Origin: Octopus bimaculoides
Lineage: Eukaryota
DNA: 34,766 nucleotides
Assembly (NCBI RefSeq): GCF_001194135.2
Contig: NC_068984.1
Span: forward strand, 91,059,855 to 91,094,620
Direction of reading: 5' to 3'
Part shown: in pieces, positions 32,139 through 34,766 of the stretch
How positions within the stretch are numbered: the stretch's first letter is position 1
Layout of the letters: each line of letters opens with the position of its first letter
The notes under the pieces: generated by a model
The model's input: only the letters and a program-made list of their open reading frames with translations
The model's database searches: none
What the model was told of the DNA's origin: nothing
Position numbers and translations under genes: made by a program

Positions 32139-34340
32139 GATGTGTAAGGTATTTGAGGACACACCTTTTTTGGGTCATTGCTGCATTTGCTAACTCTGTA
32201 TAATCTTTGTTTCAGAAAATAATAATGGCAGACCCTCAGCTTACTCAAGAAATGAAGAGGTGTACTGTTATTGTGGTTATAAAGGCTGAGCATAGCAATT
32301 GAGAAATATCTTGATTTTTAAAAGTTGCCAGATCTTTCACCTACAAAGTTTGTAAGGAGCTAGAAACTGAAGATGGAAACGTATCACAAGCATAAAAAGT
32401 ATTCTAAATGCTCTGAAATGATCAGAATAGCTGAATTTATCCAACAAAGTTCAACAGACCATTGATTACAATCCCAGAGAGTCCATGAGGTCAGTTGCAA
32501 AAGATCTCCATGTGTCAGAAGGAACAGTCAGAAATGTTGTCCACAAAGACATCAATCTTATATGATAAGGAAAGGTCAATTTGTCAGAAAAAGCCAAAAA
32601 AAAAAAATCACTACTTCACATCTAAAAGGCTCTTAAACAAACTGAAAAATCCAGAGAAGATTTGATTTTGTTTTTCTCAAATGAGAAAAACTTCAACCAA
32701 GATCAAAAAGTTAACAGAAGAAATGACAAATGGTTATGTGCAGACCCTTCTGAAGTTCCAAGTGATATGCATACAAAATTTCCTGTAATTATGATGGTTT
32801 TAGCGGTTGTCAACAATGAAGGACATGTGATGCCTCCTTACTTCTTTCCAGAAGGCTTTAGAGTTACCTCTGCTGCCTACATTGTGGTCCTGAAAATAAT
32901 TCTTAAGCCCTGGATAGACAGTGAATGCAACAGAAGGCCATATGTGTTTCAGTAAGACTCTGCACTATTACACATGGCTCTTGTAACACAGGAATGGATG
33001 GCTGAAACGTTTCATGATCACATAAGCCCTAACATTTGGCTTCCTGATTCCCCAGATCTCAATCTATTGGATGTGGAGCATTGTTGAGAGAGAGAGGTCA
33101 ATGAACATGTCCATAACATCAAAGATTCTTTGAAAGCTGCCACAGTCAGAGTAATGTCCAAAATGAACAAGGACCACTTGATTCGAGCATGTAGATGATT
33201 TAGATCTCATATACAAGCAGTTGTTGAAGCTGAAGGTGGCTTTATTGAATAACATTATAGAAAAGAAGGTTTATTTTTATACTCATAGCATTTTTTGATA
33301 AATAGAGTTAAACATGGGCCGTGACTGGTGATGACATGCGTAGGCTCGAAAGAGATGAAGCTAGCATGATCCGCTGGATATGTAATATCAGTGTGCACAC
33401 GACAAAGTGTAAGCACCCTGAGAAAAATGTCGGACATAAGAAGCATTGGATGTGGCGTGCAAGAGAGAAGTCTGCACTGGTAAGGTCATATACTAAGGAT
33501 GGATGAGGAGAGCTGTGTGAAGAAGTGCCACTCCCAAACAGTGGAAGAAACCTGCGATAAAGGGAGACCCAGGAAGGCATGGGATGAGGTGGTGAAGCAT
33601 GACCTTTGAACGCTGGGATTCACAGAAGCAATGATGAAAGACTGAGACCTCTGGAGATATGCTGTGACCGAGAAGACCCAGCAAATAAAGTGAGATCACA
33701 GCTGCAGTCTATGCCAGTATCACATAACCAGCCCACTCAAAAGTAGCTTTTGGATTGTAGGGCAACATGCCGTGCTTGAGGAGACCAATTGAGTCAAGTA
33801 CATCAACATCAAAATCAAATCAAACCACAATCAAATGGAAATTGTAGTTGTAACTGATGCCAGCACTGCCTGTCTGGCTCCCTTTGCCGGTGGCATGTAA
33901 AAATCACCATCCAAACGTGGTTGATGCCATCCACCTTGCCCTGACTGGCTCCTGTGCCGGTGGCATATGAAAAGCACCACCCAAAGGTGGCCAATGCCAG
34001 TGCCGCCTTGACTGGCTCCCATGCTGGTGGCATGTAAAAGCACCATCCAAATGTGGTTGATGCCAGCCCCCTCTGGCCCCTGTGCCAGTGGCTTGTAAAA
34101 AGCACCCACTACACTCTCGGAGTGGTTGGCATTTGGAAGGGCATCCACTTGTAGAAAACACTACCAGATCAGATTGGAGCCTGGTGCAGCCTCCTGACTT
34201 CCCAGACTCCCCAGTCGAACTGTCCAACCCATGCCAGCATGGAAAATGGACGTTTAGCAACGATGATGATGATCATTATCTGTTATTATATATGTTTTTT
34301 TATAAACATAAATCTGTCCTCAAATATCTTATGCACCCTG
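32136..34340 (+). mobile_element. Tc1/mariner superfamily, maT (DD37D) transposon, degenerate
   Basis: 26-bp TIRs (32136-32161 and 34315-34340, 22/26 identical) flanked by TA. Transposase remnant 32225-33252 has FSNEK (D to N), DSALLH and WLPDSPDLNLLD, with 37 residues between the second and third Asp. Several stops and frameshifts. Confidence 0.9.
33310..34273 (+). mobile_element. 5'-truncated RTE-LINE nested in the maT element
   Basis: Starts at TWAVTGDDMRRLERDEASMIRWICNISV, homologous to the intron-10 copy; then 3' UTR, four minisatellite units and a (GAT)n tail. Sits between the transposase stop and the right TIR. Confidence 0.9.
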
Positions 34341-34352
34341 TATATGTATATA

Positions 34353-34405
34353 CTAGCAGATACACCTGACATTGCTCAGGATTAAAATGGCATAGTCTTT
34401 TATTG
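34353..34405 (-). mobile_element. Helitron-like 3' terminus
   Basis: Minus strand: hairpin CCTGA-GCAATG-TCAGG (34380-34365), 8 nt, then CTAG|T, the canonical Helitron 3' end. Confidence 0.55.
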
Positions 34406-34641
34406 TTTTATTTGTTTCAGTCATGTGACTGTGGCCATGATGGAGCACCGCCTTTAGTTGAACAAATTGGCCCCAGGATTCATTCTTTGTAAGCCTAGTA
34501 CTTATTTTCTCAGTGTTTTTTGCCGAATCATGAAGTTACGGGGACATAAACACAGCAACATCAGTTGTCAAGCGATGATAGGGGGAAAACACAAACATAC
34601 ACACTAATATACACATATACACGACAGTCTTCTTTCTGTTC
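34406..34641 (-). mobile_element. SINE 3' half (same family as 3181-3886)
   Basis: GGCCATGATGGAGCACCGCCTTTAGTTGAACAAATTGGCCCCAGGA..CTTTGTAAGCCTAGTACTTATT is near-identical to 3184-3256. Confidence 0.8.
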
Positions 34642-34766
34642 AGTGAATTTTAAAGCCAGGTATAGGGCGCACATGAGTTCCTTTTCTAATGAGAAATATT
34701 ATAATTCCACAACACTCGCCTCTTACCTGCATGACCTCAAGAGGCGGAATAAGAAGTACTATCTTG

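Noticed and set aside
31801-32293. ORFs spanning the N run
   Set aside because: Artefacts of the assembly gap.

Overview
AT-rich eukaryotic genomic DNA, most likely from an octopus/coleoid cephalopod (inferred from SINE and RTE repeat styles recalled from memory, not from a search). The window holds one complete 12-exon gene on the + strand: DLAT, pyruvate dehydrogenase E2 (ATG 5148 to TAA 26854; 512 aa, or 498 aa with the alternative exon-1 donor; one lipoyl domain). All introns are GT-AG and phases join end to end. About 435 bp upstream, a second gene missing from the ORF track appears to run head-to-head on the - strand (MAVKNKKLYLK|PENGTYYGHGDAKVQAYPDGFRIQKSI...). Two adjacent perfect RFX X-box motifs sit immediately before its ATG, suggesting a cilium/flagellum gene sharing a bidirectional promoter with DLAT. 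This is the most interesting signal. The rest is transposon debris: RTE LINEs (one with a PHD-type finger), a CRE-like RLE retrotransposon, a near full-length piggyBac, a DD37D maT element, hAT and TTAA MITEs, tRNA-derived SINEs, Helitron ends, microsatellites and a 211-nt assembly gap. No database searches were possible, so family calls rest on motif recognition.
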